64,000 bases of DNA from Azolla caroliniana (taxonomy: Eukaryota > Plantae > Polypodiophyta). Where the stretch lies: assembly GCA_043228905.1 (NCBI GenBank), contig JBHGNT010000020.1:13826001-13890000 (forward strand). The letters run 5' to 3'. The notes below the pieces were generated by a model. The model worked only from the letters and a program-made list of their open reading frames with translations. It searched no databases and was not told where the DNA came from. Below are positions 27,098 to 42,770 of this stretch, piece by piece. Both the position numbers and the translations under genes were made by a program. The stretch's first letter is position 1. The number at the start of each line of letters is the position of its first letter.

Positions 27098-28678
27098 CTA
27101 CAAAAGCTAAAACATTAGTTGCAAGTCCATCAATAATAGAATTTACATTGGTGGGGAATGTAGCCAAGACATATTCCGTATGGGTCTCCAAGATGGGTAG
27201 AGTCGTCATACTACTGTCACCCAAATCAAGGCTTAATTTAACCGCTCTTTTTAAAAGACAAGAATGCAAACGAAAAATGTCTCTTGAATATGCTTCTCGT
27301 CCCAGTGGTTTGTGATCAACCTCACTCCTTGCCTCTATCTCACAAATATTATGGCATGATTTGCACATTTTGATAATTCATTCTGTTCTTAACACTACAC
27401 CATATTACAAAAATATCATGTGTTGTGACTGGGAGAATATTTATATGACAATAATAGGCGACAAAATTCTTTCTTGTTTTAGATGAAACTACTACTGAGA
27501 GCATTACGAGTCTCTGAATGATTTTATCTCATTCATTTGGTGTGACCGCTCTAAAAGCTACAACTTGTTTGAAAGTTCGTGTTACCTTTTCACTTACCAT
27601 TCACATTATGTCCATTTTTCTAGAGTTGGGTAAGAAAGGAGAGGTATTGTGAGCAAGCTGATGTAGTAGACATGTCATGAATGTCTAGGGTGAAAAATAT
27701 ATCAAATAAAGTCCGGTCATGATAAAAATGCCCAAGTCTAGAGACGGATCAACAAAGTTTAGATGTGAGGAGGGGGAGATGTCATGGGGAATGGAGTTCG
27801 AGAAGGCATTATTGATTCGAATGGCTACAAGCTATAGGCCCTGAAACAATGTCTACGAAACTAGGGACTAGAGTGAGTTCAGAACGAGTGTCCTAGTCTT
27901 AACTCGAAGCTTGAGAAATTTCAGAAATTAGAGAGCAGAACGAGCTCAAAAAAGAAAAGAACCTGTGTCCGCCCGATCCGAAATTGTTGTGCTGATTTGA
28001 TAATTGTTATGGTGATTCTATATGTAGTGTGTGGATTGGCAATAGCCCATACACATACACATACACACTTCTAACTTTTGTCTTTTATAACTACATAGTG
28101 TCCCACACAACTTTGTGTCTCAAATATGTATGTGGACACTCACACTCACACTCACTCTCTCTATTTCTACACCTAAATGTAGAAGAGTTAGGTTAGCTAT
28201 CACTAGTAACTTAGTAAGTAGTACATAGCTAGTGAAGAAGTCAGAAGAAATAGAGAGAGAGAGAGAGGGGTTTCCATCTAAAGCTAGCAGTACATACAGT
28301 CTCCCCATTCATTTTTGGTCTTATGTGTCCATTCTCGATCCCTCACTGACAAGTTACAACATCAGAAATAGAAGGAATTCATTTGGTTTCCATCACTAAC
28401 AGCATTAATCTTTTTTTCTTTTTTTTTTTGCTTTGGTTTTTAGTTTTCTCTCATCACTGTTGCAGATTTGATCTGCCCTTCTGTTTTCCCATCTTTTATC
28501 AGGTCAGCAGCTCCCATCTGTCTGTCTGTCTCTGTTTTCTTTGTTTACAAAAATGTCTTTTAAGTATGTATATGATGTAAAGGGTTTATCTTGTTTTTGC
28601 TATTTCTAGATATAGCATTGTGTTTTTTCATCATCAGAGACAGAAACAAGGCACAAAAAGAGGAAGACTGAAATAGAG

Positions 28679-31600
28679 ATGCATTCCTCTGTTTCCATGG
28701 AAACATATGAGATCTTAGAGAATATCGGCAAAGGCTCATTTGGCTCTGTTTTCCTTGTCTCTCACAAGCTGGAGAAGAAGAAGAAGAAGTAAAAAACTCA
28801 AATCCATTTCATCAATTACGTTTTTCTTACCATTCCTCTGTTTTAAACCTTAATACTATTTATCCTCAAACATGTGCTTATCCATGTTTTTCATCCATCT
28901 ATGGAATAAATATTATAGATACAATGTGTTGTTACCCACACAATGAGGTTATTTATTAAGTTAATAAATTTTGAAATTAAATATCACAGATATGTACTGA
29001 AGAAAATTCCCCTTTCTCAACAAACTGATCGATGTCGCAGATCAGCCCATCAAGAGGTATAGTGTGTGTCTTTGTGTATATATGATAAATTACATTGATT
29101 TTCTTCACTAATTGGATGAGTTTCCTCTCTATTTCGTGTTATGAAAAACAGTAGGAAATTGTGAGAAAAATATATAAATAATTATATATGTGTGTGTGTG
29201 TGTGTGGTTTCTATCAAACGAGGGCATCTTTTTTCTCTCCTTATTCTAGCCTGGAAGGAGCTCCATCGTTATTTTTAATTACCTTTGCTGCTTTTTTATC
29301 ATATTCAAAAAATTGCAGATGGAGCTCGTGGCGAAATTGGCTCATCCCTACATTGTAGAATACAAGGAGTCCTGGATTGAGAAGGTGGTGATGACCTTTT
29401 CGGGTTCATCTTTGAAATCTTTCATTGGCAAGTAAAGTTGGTTAAAAGGATGGGGTTTCTAGCTATAAAACCATTATTTATATTATTTTCCTGTAATTGC
29501 AGGATTGTTATGTGTGCATTGTGCTAGCTTATTGTGAAGGTGGGGATATGTAAGTTCACTTGACTTCAACCTCGGTTGCTCTACCTTAACATTGTGATTC
29601 AAATCCATATGGCACAACTAAAAGCTAAGCTTAGTTTGTTGGTTCCAGGGCTAACCTAATAAGAAAGTCTAACAATGTGCATTTTCCGGAAGAGGTATTT
29701 TTCTAACACATAATCAAGAATACATGTGGCGGTGATAAGACATATCATATCTTTCCATATGGCTTACATCTGAAACATGTTATAGATGTTGTGCAAATGG
29801 ATAGCACAACTTCTACTAGCTGTGGATCACCTTCACTCCAATCACATCCTCCATCGAGACCTCAAAGTGAGTTCAGACATGCTTATATAGGCTTGCTGGA
29901 AAGTTTGAGTCTATAATTGTAGATTCACTTATTGTGTGAAATCTGATTGCTAGTGTTCGAATATATTTCTCACAAAGGATCGTGATATCAGGCTAGGTGA
30001 GAAGATACATTTGAAACCCTTTTTTTTGGAATTTTGTATTTACACTAAGTTTCTTTTCTTGTGGCATTTTCCATTTCATTGCTTATTTTAGGGGACTTTG
30101 GTTTGGCAAAGATATTAAAACCTGACTGTCTCACCTCGTCAGTAAGTGCAAATGACAGATGCTTTTTTTTGTGGTACGAAAACTTTCTGATAATAATGAA
30201 GCCATTCAATTCTCTTTTATCATATGGTGATAGATGGTAGGGACTCCAAACTATATGTGCCCTGAGGTTCTGGCTGATATTCCATATGGATTCAAGTCAG
30301 ATATCTGGTCACTAGGTTGGTCTTTTAATGAGTAAACTTTCTAAACTTTAATTTTACAACGAGAAGGGAAAATTTGATGATCGCATGCAAGTGATTTTAT
30401 TCAGGATGTTGCATGTATGAAATGGCTACACATAATCCAGCATTTAAAGCCTTTGTAAGTGTATCTTTATTTTTTCATAGATCTAGAAACACATGGACCT
30501 AACATGTTTGTAGATGGAAAACATAAACACACTCTATGATCTTAATATAGGACATGCGGGGTCTGATAAACAAAATAAACAAGTGTATACTTGGACCATT
30601 GCCAGCTATATATTCAGGGACCTTGTAAGTTCCAATACTTCATGGCTGCCCCTTTTATCATATTTTGAGTACACTTGTTTTGACCTCTCGAAAAGCTCAT
30701 ATCCTAATGACATGGACTTGTTATAGGAGGGGGATTATAAAAAGCATGCTGAGAAAGAATCCAGAGCATAGGCCAAGTGTAAGTAATGACATATAGCATA
30801 TCCTATCTACTTATGTGATTCGTATCAACAGGATTTTATTAAACACCATGTGTTTTTAATATAGGCTGCCGATTTGCTGAAGCATCCCTACTTGCAAAGT
30901 TATGTCAATCAATGCCGATTGCAAACTAGCTTCCAGCTAAGAGCTCCTCATACATCATCGCAAACTTGCAATGATGATGAGGATTCCATTGCCAATGGTG
31001 ACGAGAGCATATACACCAGTCAGATTAGTGGTTTCTCTGGAAGAAGCAGCTCTTCTAGGTTGCCCACATTGGACTCTGACTCCTTAGCTGACCTAAATGA
31101 AATTGAGCCTTGTGATTGGCCACTTTTTCATGGCAATAAGAAAGATACCTTGGGCATCTCAAATCAAAGCTACATGCTTTTAAATAATCCTAAGGGTGAA
31201 CATAGCTCTACTCATTGGGGCAACAAAATAGAGACGAGTCATAATCGTCTGAATGAAAATGGTGACATCAAGCATCATCATGATACAGAGCACCAGGGTA
31301 ACGATTCAATCAGAAATGGTGACTGCCATCTTAGTAAGGAACTGTCAAAGGTCTCTCGTGTAAGTATCAGTGGTAAAGGAAGAGGTTCTTTTGCTGTGGA
31401 TAGTCCTCAAATGCCTAGTCAACGTGTTGTAATGGGTGCACCTAAACAGACATTAAATTCTGCTAAGAGAATCCAACATGAGATGCGCGCGGTAATTATT
31501 TTTCTGCTTAGGACCTTTTTTTTATCTGGGCTTTCTTTTTCATTAATGCATTATAGGGAAAAACACCCCAAATTCTAGCTGAATTACCAGAATATTCCTA

Positions 31601-32938
31601 TGTAGCAGTACGTTGTTACATTATTCAGGTGTATTCAAAGATGGCAGAATACCCCTTTGTATTTAAGGGGTACTCTGATAAAGGTGTATTGACAGAGTTA
31701 TAGTGGTGTTCTTCTATTCTATACTAGTCATCCTGCGAATCACATTTTTTTTCATGATTTGTGAACCAATTGTTGCTTGATAATAGTCAGCAACCCAGGT
31801 GCGAGGACAGATCTCATCGAATGTGAAGCTATCATTGGAGAAGACCCAAGGACGTCTTCCTGGTGGACAAAGATCAAATGTTCCAGAGGCTACAAGAAGA
31901 GCTTCTTTGCCACTTCCAGGAAAGCCACCCAATCTCTTGCATCAAAATATCATCCCAGTTGACCATGGTCGGAAACTTGTTGCAAACAATACTCCTTCAA
32001 AGTCTGGAAGGTTTCTTCCTAATCAACACATGCCAGTTGTTCCTGCTTCAAAGATGAACATGGACCAGTCTCCTTTTGTGTCTGTAAATACCCCCAGATT
32101 AGACCTGATACCACAATTCTCTATCAACACTCATGATATATTTCCCATCAAAAAGTGTTTATTAGCCAATGATGAAGGAAAAAGAGCTTTTCAAGGGGGC
32201 ATGCTAGAAGCACAAAATGTTTCCGAGAAGGCTAATAGAAGGGCAAGTGATGCTCATGGCCAACATGTTATATATAAATCTTGTGAGGATGAAGGAAAAA
32301 CTCTAGAGAAAGGCATGTTCTTAATGCATGAGAAAGATGCTGTAAGTGATGCATGGTGTGTTTCCGAAAAGGCCACCAGAAGATCAAATGATACTTCTGG
32401 CCAACATGTTCAAAAGAGTGCGTCTAAACCTTATCGAGGCTATAATAAACTTTATGATCATGAAGATAAAACCCTAGAAAAAGCGATGTTAAAAGTGCCT
32501 GAGAAAGAATCGACATACAAGGATGTGATTCATGTGATAAGACATAGCACATTCCGGGTTGGATTAGATGATCGAAGTGAAGAACATGTTGATGATAGTG
32601 CCACAGAAATTAGTTTCAGTAATGGGTTGGATATGCCAAGGTCAGATATGGATACCTTGTCTATGCCCACAAGCAATGGTGAAAGTAGCAACAACATTAA
32701 CTATGGGTCAAGCAATCATTGCTTGAATGGCAATCATCTATCCACAGAGGTTGATGATAAGTCATATAATGAAAGGGCAGAGGCGCTTGAGGGTTTACTA
32801 GAACTTTGTGCACAACTTCTTCAGCAGAATATGTACGAGGAACTAGCCATTGTACTTAAACCATTTGGACGCGATAAAGTTTCTCCAAGGGAAACAGCTA
32901 TTTGGCTTACTAAGAGCCTCAAGGGCTTGCTGCATTGA
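28679..32938 (+). CDS. NEK: NIMA-related serine/threonine kinase (plant NEK family), ~14 coding exons
   Basis: Spliced kinase: [107 protein letters not shown]. Long exons 30865-31491 and 31787-32938 end in the plant NEK tail [37 protein letters not shown]. Confidence 0.96.
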
Positions 32939-35900
32939 GTAAAAAGCCAATGCAATGTACATATTATATATAGCCTTGTTGCAACAACCAATAAAATATG
33001 ATTGTGATTACATCCGTGTTCTGCATTCGTTAGTAATAAACCAAATATCTAAAAAGCTGTGTGTACAAGCTTCAGCATCATCAGGTTTGAACACTGTCTC
33101 TTCTACAGAAAAGGTAGAGTACAGAGAGCCACATTTGTACAAAGGTAGAAATGTGGATGATGAACCATTAGCAGTTGCCTATTCATTATATCCCTTCAAT
33201 CCCTGCTTTTAGTCAGAGGACTTAATCCCCACCTTGATGGATATGTATTGTGATTTCTATGATATCACAAGGAAGTCAAAAGCTGAGTTAAGAATCCCTA
33301 TATATAATTTTCTGTTTCAAAGCTTATAGAGGTACAATAGCTTTGAATGTGGTGTTCCATCATTTACATTGGAGAATTTGATCAGGTGTTTATGAGTCTG
33401 TTTTACATCTTCATCAAAGTCATGTTTGTTTTTGACATATTCAAGAATGTATATGCCACTATGTAAGCCAGTTGCTTTCAGAAGCCTGCTGGGTCCAAAA
33501 GGCAGTTTATTCTTTAAAGCTATCTTTGACAATTTTTATCTTTTACTGGAAGACTGAAGCAACACTTTACCTGTTTCCTCCAGCGCATGTTGGTCATGGT
33601 AACCCCCTACAAAGATGGAGGAGTAATGGGGACTCCATGGAAGTTCCATAAGGAGTTAAAAAAGCAAACCCATAAACTTAGTGGTAAAATCAACTGCCTT
33701 CCTAGTTGGAGAGCATCTGGTGTGAGCTGGATACATGCACTTCTGGGTTCTAACCTGAAGCTGTAAGTTTCGTCTACATTAAATACATAGATTGATGTCA
33801 GAAGCCCCCTATCCCTGGCACAAGAAAAAGAAACAAAAAATTTAAATAAATCTTCTTCCATTTTTGTGTCATTTCTTGTTGTTTTGATTGTTTATTTGTG
33901 GAGTGAGAGAAGAGTTTAAAAAGTAAAGAGATGAGAACATCCGGTAGATCTCTATTTGCCTTGAGAGAGCTGTTGTGCTTTCTTCTATTGATTTGGAAAG
34001 GAGTATCTGATTGTGAAAGAAGTCAATCAATCACTGCAATATATCAATGCCATGGGCAGCCATAGATGTAGTCCAGTGTTTTATTTAATGTGTTAACAAT
34101 CGTTTTTAAACTTATGTACTCTTTGCTTGTAAAATCTGGACATGGACCACATCATGTCATAAAATTTGAACCATGAAAAAAATGAATAGATGTACATTCT
34201 GGTTTCAGAACTTCAGTCTTTTAAATCGCGATAAATAAGATTCCTTGACCTACATTTTAACTGCAAAAAATCATATGATGGTGATGTTATTTTCTCGCAT
34301 GCTGCTTGAGTTTTGTACCATGCTTTTCAATGCTTTGAATGTACAACCTTGATATTTATCACAATTCACCAGCAAAGAAATGTTACATTTTGGTACTTCA
34401 CAAATTCAAGAGGCTAATATCACAAAAAGTTTTCTGACTTTTGTCCTTAAGTTTCAAATCTTTGCCACCTTGCTATGTACTACAACCTTCATATTTTTCA
34501 TTATCCAATGGAATAAAGTGCTATTGCTTAGATAATTTTTAATGTAAAAGCAAGTGTTATCATGAACTTTCATAACTTTTGCTCATTGAGGTCCAGATAT
34601 TCGAGAACTTGATGTGGAGAAGGTTTATCATTTATAATTTGTTTGCCTCTTCATATATTATATTTATATTGCATTTACACAATTGATATGAGTTCATGAT
34701 ACCCATTCTACACATCCACGAGGGCTACAAATAGACCAGCCTACACCCAAATCTGTAAACCTCATCAATTCCTCAGGTGTGAACCTATAATAATAATGTG
34801 AGCACCAATGAACTCGAACCAGCACTCAAAGAGAGTTCAATTCTTGAAACTCAAATGATACCTTAACTTGTAACAATCAAAATTTATGGGAATAATGCTC
34901 ATTTGGGTAATGTGCACCAAGAACCTTGCTTGTCTTGGGAAACAAGCATGAACTTCATAAACAAGTTTTCTTGGCCAATAAATATCCAAATTTCTTCACT
35001 CTTCAAATAACACAAACAAATTATAAATCCATAACACAAGTTGAACATATGTGGTAGACTAAGGTTACTATATATACATACATATATAAACTAAACAGTT
35101 TAAAGCAAATGAACCTACATATTTTTTCTTGTAAGAGAACATGTGGGATGGTAGCTTAGAGAAATTGCATGCACCGACTAAAGATTATTTCATAACTCAT
35201 GATGACATATTGATCATATGAGATGGGAATGGCAATGGAACAATATTGCTTTTAATACCATTAGCACAAAAACCATTAAATCCCATCATGCCCTATGCCC
35301 CATGCCTAAGATAATGCATTAACTAAACAGTTGTTTAATGCAAATGGTCACACAATATCTTGAAAGAGAAAAGGAAACACCTAGGATGGTCCCTTCAAGA
35401 AATTGTATCCACCAATTGAAGATGATTTCATAACTCATAATGACATACCTGATAGTGAAGGATGAGAATAGTAGTGGTCCACTATGTTTTTAACACCATT
35501 ATTACAAAAACTATTAGATCCCACCATATTTAAAATCCTCAATATCCAATATCTGACACCATACGAAGTATGTGCCCCACATACAATCGCTATGTTACAA
35601 AAATCCTTTAAAAAGTAATGGACGTGGCTCTAGAAAGCAGCACAAATAGGCCACAAAATCAATACATCTTCAATGCAATTTCTAAATTCAAAATCAAATG
35701 GAACAATCTCTCTTTACTTAGAGCTATTATATTATTTAGAAGACACAAAAAAAGGATGCATAAATAGCTATATGGTCTAATGGGCACTAAAGTTTTCTCC
35801 ATGGCCCATCAAACAAACCCAAAACACAGATCTTTCTCTCTCTTCATCATGAAAGTTGCTCTAGTTGAACAAATACACAATCTGGAACAAAACAAAATTT

Positions 35901-36155
35901 CCATTAAGTAAAGACGTTGCAACAGCTGAGGTTATGGCCAAGAATAAACACTACATTTCAATACACTACCTCACTAATGTACACATTGCAAAATGGTTAA
36001 CAACTTCGAATGACACAATCAACCTTGACCAATACTAATGCCATTAATGGCCGTTATGGTCAGCTGTATGGTTAGCATTTCCTCTGCCACCACCATAACT
36101 ACCTCTTTGTACAATCACGATAGAAATGGCCAGTTTGACCACAAGTATAGCAAGC

Positions 36156-38640
36156 TCAACTTCCACCTGATGATCTACCATAGCTACCTCTTCCACCCAA
36201 AAATCCACAATAGCTGCCTTCCACCTGAAAATACATCATAGGTTCCACTGGAATGTAAACCATATCTTCCTTAAGTGTTTCCACCTGATGATCCACCATA
36301 GCTACCTCCACCAGAAAGTCCACTGTAGCTAACTTCACCAGAAGATCCACCACACCTACCCCCTCCATAGATTCCAGCAAGAGATTCATCATTGCTACCT
36401 CTTATGTAGTTTCCACTCGATGAACCTCTGAAGCTTCTACCAAAAGATCATGTGAACGCTTTGGGAACCCAGCCTTTGTCGGCTGTGCAGCTAGTTTCTG
36501 TGTCAGTTACCAAACCAGGTCTGAGATCAAAGTTAAAGCATACACCTCACAAAATATGCTTGTTGAACCACATATTTACCTCAAATGATGCCAGCAGTTG
36601 TTCAAGGCTTTTTTCTTTGGCTGCTACTTCGTCTGTAAGGAGTGCTAGTTTTTCAGATTCTGTTTCTTTCTCCAGCTCTGTCTTGGCAAAGGATAACTCT
36701 GCCTCAGCTGCTTTCTTTATCGCCAGTTGAGCCTCTGTTAGAACAATTTGACACTAACATTAATGATTCCACATACAGCAGTAAAATGCAACAAGCTCTC
36801 TTCAAGGAAATAGTTGTATCTCTCTTCAAAATCAAATATCTTTAAATGTTTTCTAATGTATGAATGGAATTGCTCAACTTTCACTTGAAGATCGCAATTT
36901 GATCAACCTTTGGCTTTAAAGTTTCTTTGGCTCAAAGTAAATATGACTAAATGAGATTCCGATATGCAGGTGACAGTCAAAGAGAATTGATGTAACTGAA
37001 TATGATTGTAAAGTGACTGTACCTGAAGTTTCCAGTATCAATTTCTTTGCTCCTTCAGCATGTCTCTCTCATTCTTTCCTTCTCCTCGGACAAGCAGCCC
37101 CAAAAGGATTTGGCTGCAACATAGACCAATACAGCAACAAAACTGAGACATGGCAAACCCTAAATCTTTACAAGTTTAAATAGAAGCCAACTCCCAAAAG
37201 TGTGCCCTTTCATGTTCATATAGCACAATACTACTAGTCAATCTTTTGCTGTCTATAAACCTCTAGGTGCAGAAATAATGTTGGCAGAGTTTAATCCTTT
37301 CTGTCTATCTAGTCAATCTTCTACTATCCATTGTTGCTAAAGTAAGGACATAAATACTTATTTACTGTCTCTGTGCTTTGGCTCTTGGACTTCTTGTGCT
37401 AGACCTTAGATGTATCACTCTCTGCTGACATATTCTGTAAAGACACTATCTTTTGTTCTTTGTTTCTCTTTTTTTAGAAGACTTCGATGTTTTTTCTCTT
37501 TTTTGTTTCTCTTGTGCGAAATGGTAAGCTACATTTCGGTGTGTCTCTCCCCCTTTAATATAATTTATCTCGTTCTTTAAAGAGATTTGATGCAGTAGAA
37601 GACATAATTGATACCCTGCTTTAAAAATAGTTTGATGCAAAGAAGCAATAGAGCAGTGAAAGCACAGTACCTTGTTCGATTAATAAAAAAACCTAATGGT
37701 CTACCAGGTAATCATAACCATAAGCAGAAGAAACATACCTTGCTCTAAAAATCGTTTGTTATCAGTATCATATTAGAGCAAAGAAATATTAATACAGCAG
37801 TGAAAAAGCAGTAACTTGACAGATGCTGCAAAGATACAACAAGAACGCATAACCATAAGCAGAAGAAACAAACAATTCAGAAGAAGAATAAACAAATAAA
37901 CAAAGAGGGAATGGTGTACTCTTGCGGTGTTAGCAGATGATTGAAAGAGAACATGAGAAGTTATTTCCGTGCACAAGAAATACCTGTTTGACTCTGTTTT
38001 TCTTTATTTAAAAGAAATCACGCAGAAGAAAGAAACTCTAAAGAAAGACATTGTATCTCGATCATCTCTTTATTTAGGAAAGCTTCCATTCAGACGAAGC
38101 AATTGCAGTGAAAAGCCAAGATATCCCCCTCTGAATATCTATTTAAAACAAAATTTGATGCAGAAGAGTCAAAATCACAGCTAAGGAATTATAATTCGAT
38201 GTGTTTCTCTTTCTTTAAATATACCAAGACAAAACATAACCATAAAGCAGAACCTATAAACCATAAATTTTTCATTTTAATAATTCTTTCTTTTGGTCCA
38301 GGAAAAGAAGCAACAGTGGAAAACAATACCTTGGAAAGATATGTTTTCTAGGGAAACAGTGCTTGCAATGAGCACACAGTCTCAATTAACATAATGCAAG
38401 TATTTAAGAAAAGTCATAACCAGAAAGAAATCATGTTCAAAGATAATGCATGTACACCAAGGCACCATATCCATAAAGCAGACGCAAGAAAGAAAGAAAG
38501 AAGTCGAATGAAGAGAGAATGGTGTACTCTGGTAATCTTCGCAGAATTTGGAGAAGGTGAGGCATCAGGTGCATCAGAAGACGTCTGAAATGCAGTTTTT
38601 GGCATGAGAATAGCTTCTTCGTCTGCAGAATTATCCATGT
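36156..38640 (-). pseudogene. Decayed multi-exon gene with plant eIF4B-like NPFGAAxPR motif, coiled coil and Gly/Ser-rich tail
   Basis: AG/GT-bounded exon 37113-37023 reads PNPFGAACPR with an in-frame TGA at 37071-37069. Exon 36734-36580 reads EAQLAIKKAAEAELSFAKTELEKE..KEKSLEQLLASFE. The GGSYGGSSGG repeats at 36156-36400 are broken by a stop and frameshifts. A candidate first exon MDNSADEE starts at 38638. Family assignment rests on one short motif. Confidence 0.5.
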
Positions 38641-39008
38641 TCTCTCAGAAGCGATACAAAACCTGTAGATAAACAAATGTCAAGAAGACGGTGACGATTG
38701 AGAGAAAAAACAAAACAGGAAAAAAACGAATAGAGGGAAAGAACGAAGTCTCCGGCGCAGCGAAGTGCAAAGCTCAAGTAGACTACCTGCGGGTTACTTG
38801 ACTTGCAGGAGAAAAACGAGAAGGCAGTGAAGATTAACAGAAAGAGAAGAAAAGAAAAGAAAAAATTGCAGAGAAATGCGAAGCTTAAGCGGAAGCACCA
38901 TTACCTGCGGCGTTTCTTTCTTGCTGAGCGATCGCCTGTCTCCTTCGTCGTAGTTCGGATTTCTGTGTGAAGAAAAAACACGTTCATAAAGGCTCCTCTG
39001 GGCCGAGA

Positions 39009-39044
<36 letters not shown>

Positions 39045-39108
39045 AAAGAAGCCTGGCTGTCCGTCACGGCCATTTTTCTTTTGTTACAGAATTTGTCCGC
39101 AGGCCAAC

Positions 39109-39534
39109 TTAACAATCGGCAACGGTTCGGTTTGAACCAAACTGAACTACGAAACCGCGGCTTAACAGTTCGGTTCGGACCAAGTTTGGGTTTTTTTAAC
39201 GGTTCGGTTCGGTTCGGTTTCAACAGTTAGAAACACCGCATTTTAAACGGCTTAACAATATTTTTTATTTTAATTTTTTAATTAAAAAAATTGTTTTTAA
39301 ACAATCTTTCCATTTTTCAACCTTATTCTCACATTTTAGGAACATCTTTAAATTTTAAAATTTGACCTAAATTGAAAACCAAAACCGAACCTTGAAACTT
39401 CGGTTTTAATGGTTTAATGGTTTGTCGGTTTGAATTTGTTTTTAACGGTTCCGTGGTTCAATTCATGTTTCAAAAAATTTAAACAGTTCGGTTTTGACCC
39501 TCTCAAACCGAACCGAACCATTGTCGATTGTTAA
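39109..39534. mobile_element. Non-autonomous hAT-like element / MITE (~426 bp)
   Basis: TIRs TTAACAATCGGCAACGGTTCGG ... CCGAACCATTGTCGATTGTTAA; flanking direct repeat (A)GGCCAAC at 39101-39108 and 39534-39541; subterminal GGTTC/AACCG repeats; AT-rich core. Confidence 0.85.
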
Positions 39535-40590
39535 GGCCAACCCAAAAGCCACCCATTAAGCCTTGGCAAAAGTTATATTTTATCATTATGCTTCCTTCCT
39601 TTGGAGGGTGATTCTTCGTTGGTTCCTTAGAAGTAGCCAACTACAGTATCTGATGTTATAGTTCACTAAAGTATTGGTAATGACCCGCACTTTAGTAGGT
39701 TGGAGTTTGTGAGGGTCCTTCATTCTTCACTTTATTTGTATCTTCTTTAGCAATGGGCACTGTTCAATTTTGGTTTGGTTTGGTTTGTTAGTCTTGAAAC
39801 CAAATCGATCCATTTATACAAAACAAAAACCAAACCAAACCGTTTATGAACTCTCAAGCCATTTAAGAGAAGGTAAACCAAACCAATGGGCACGGTTGTG
39901 GCTCCCATTACACGTTTTACAGAGTACGAGCCTTCTTTCATGAGACGAGTATATCTGTTTGTTTCGATATGTCACCTTCCTCCCCCTGATTGTTGCTCTG
40001 CGTGGCCATTCGCTCGCTCTCTTATGTGTAAGTCATTCAAGCAAAGCCTACACAAACCAAGTTCTAGATATAGCTCTTGGATATGATCATATTTGGTGAA
40101 TGTTATACTGCTATGCATGTTCTTGCAACCATTATTATGGATTTGGTTGCAAATCAACCTAGGAAAAATTGTTTATTCAATACCAGAATTTTGTTACTCA
40201 CAATGCATACTAACGAAATCTATCATGATGTATACTACGATGGTGGCAGCTCTGTAGGCATCAAGAGTCGGATGTAAGACGGTCATCTTATATCCCTCTA
40301 TTCTATGTAATAATAATAGCTTTCCATTTTATGTAACAATAATAACATTCCAATCTATGCAACAATAATAATAATACATAGTGTCAATGGATGATATTAA
40401 AAATGGAATTGAGCTAATTTGTATAATAACAACAATAATAAAATAAATCTAGGTACATGGTATCAGTATGTATGTATATTGATTGATAAATAAATCAATA
40501 AGTTTAATAAATAAAACAAATAAATAGCCAATAATAACAGATTCTGATTTAAATGAACAAATTTCTGTGTTGGTTCTTGTGGATTTTTTT

Positions 40591-42524
<1,934 letters not shown>

Positions 42525-42728
42525 CCAAAACATATAGTTTATGAATGTCTAGTATTGCATATATACATGATTATAGGTTCAACAGAACTGTTTTCACTCA
42601 TATCTATGGTTTGCTGGTTTTGCCCCACTGTTATGATTGCACTGCCCTTGTATGGTAAACTATTACATTGTAAACTCTCTGTGGATTACTTGTGTGAAGT
42701 GCAAGATAATTCCAGCATGGTGGTGTGT

Positions 42729-42770
<42 letters not shown>

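Noticed and set aside
33571-33815. AG/GT-bounded exon-like segment on the - strand downstream of NEK
   Set aside because: Frames examined contain stops, the peptide is unrecognisable, and it could not be linked to a gene model.
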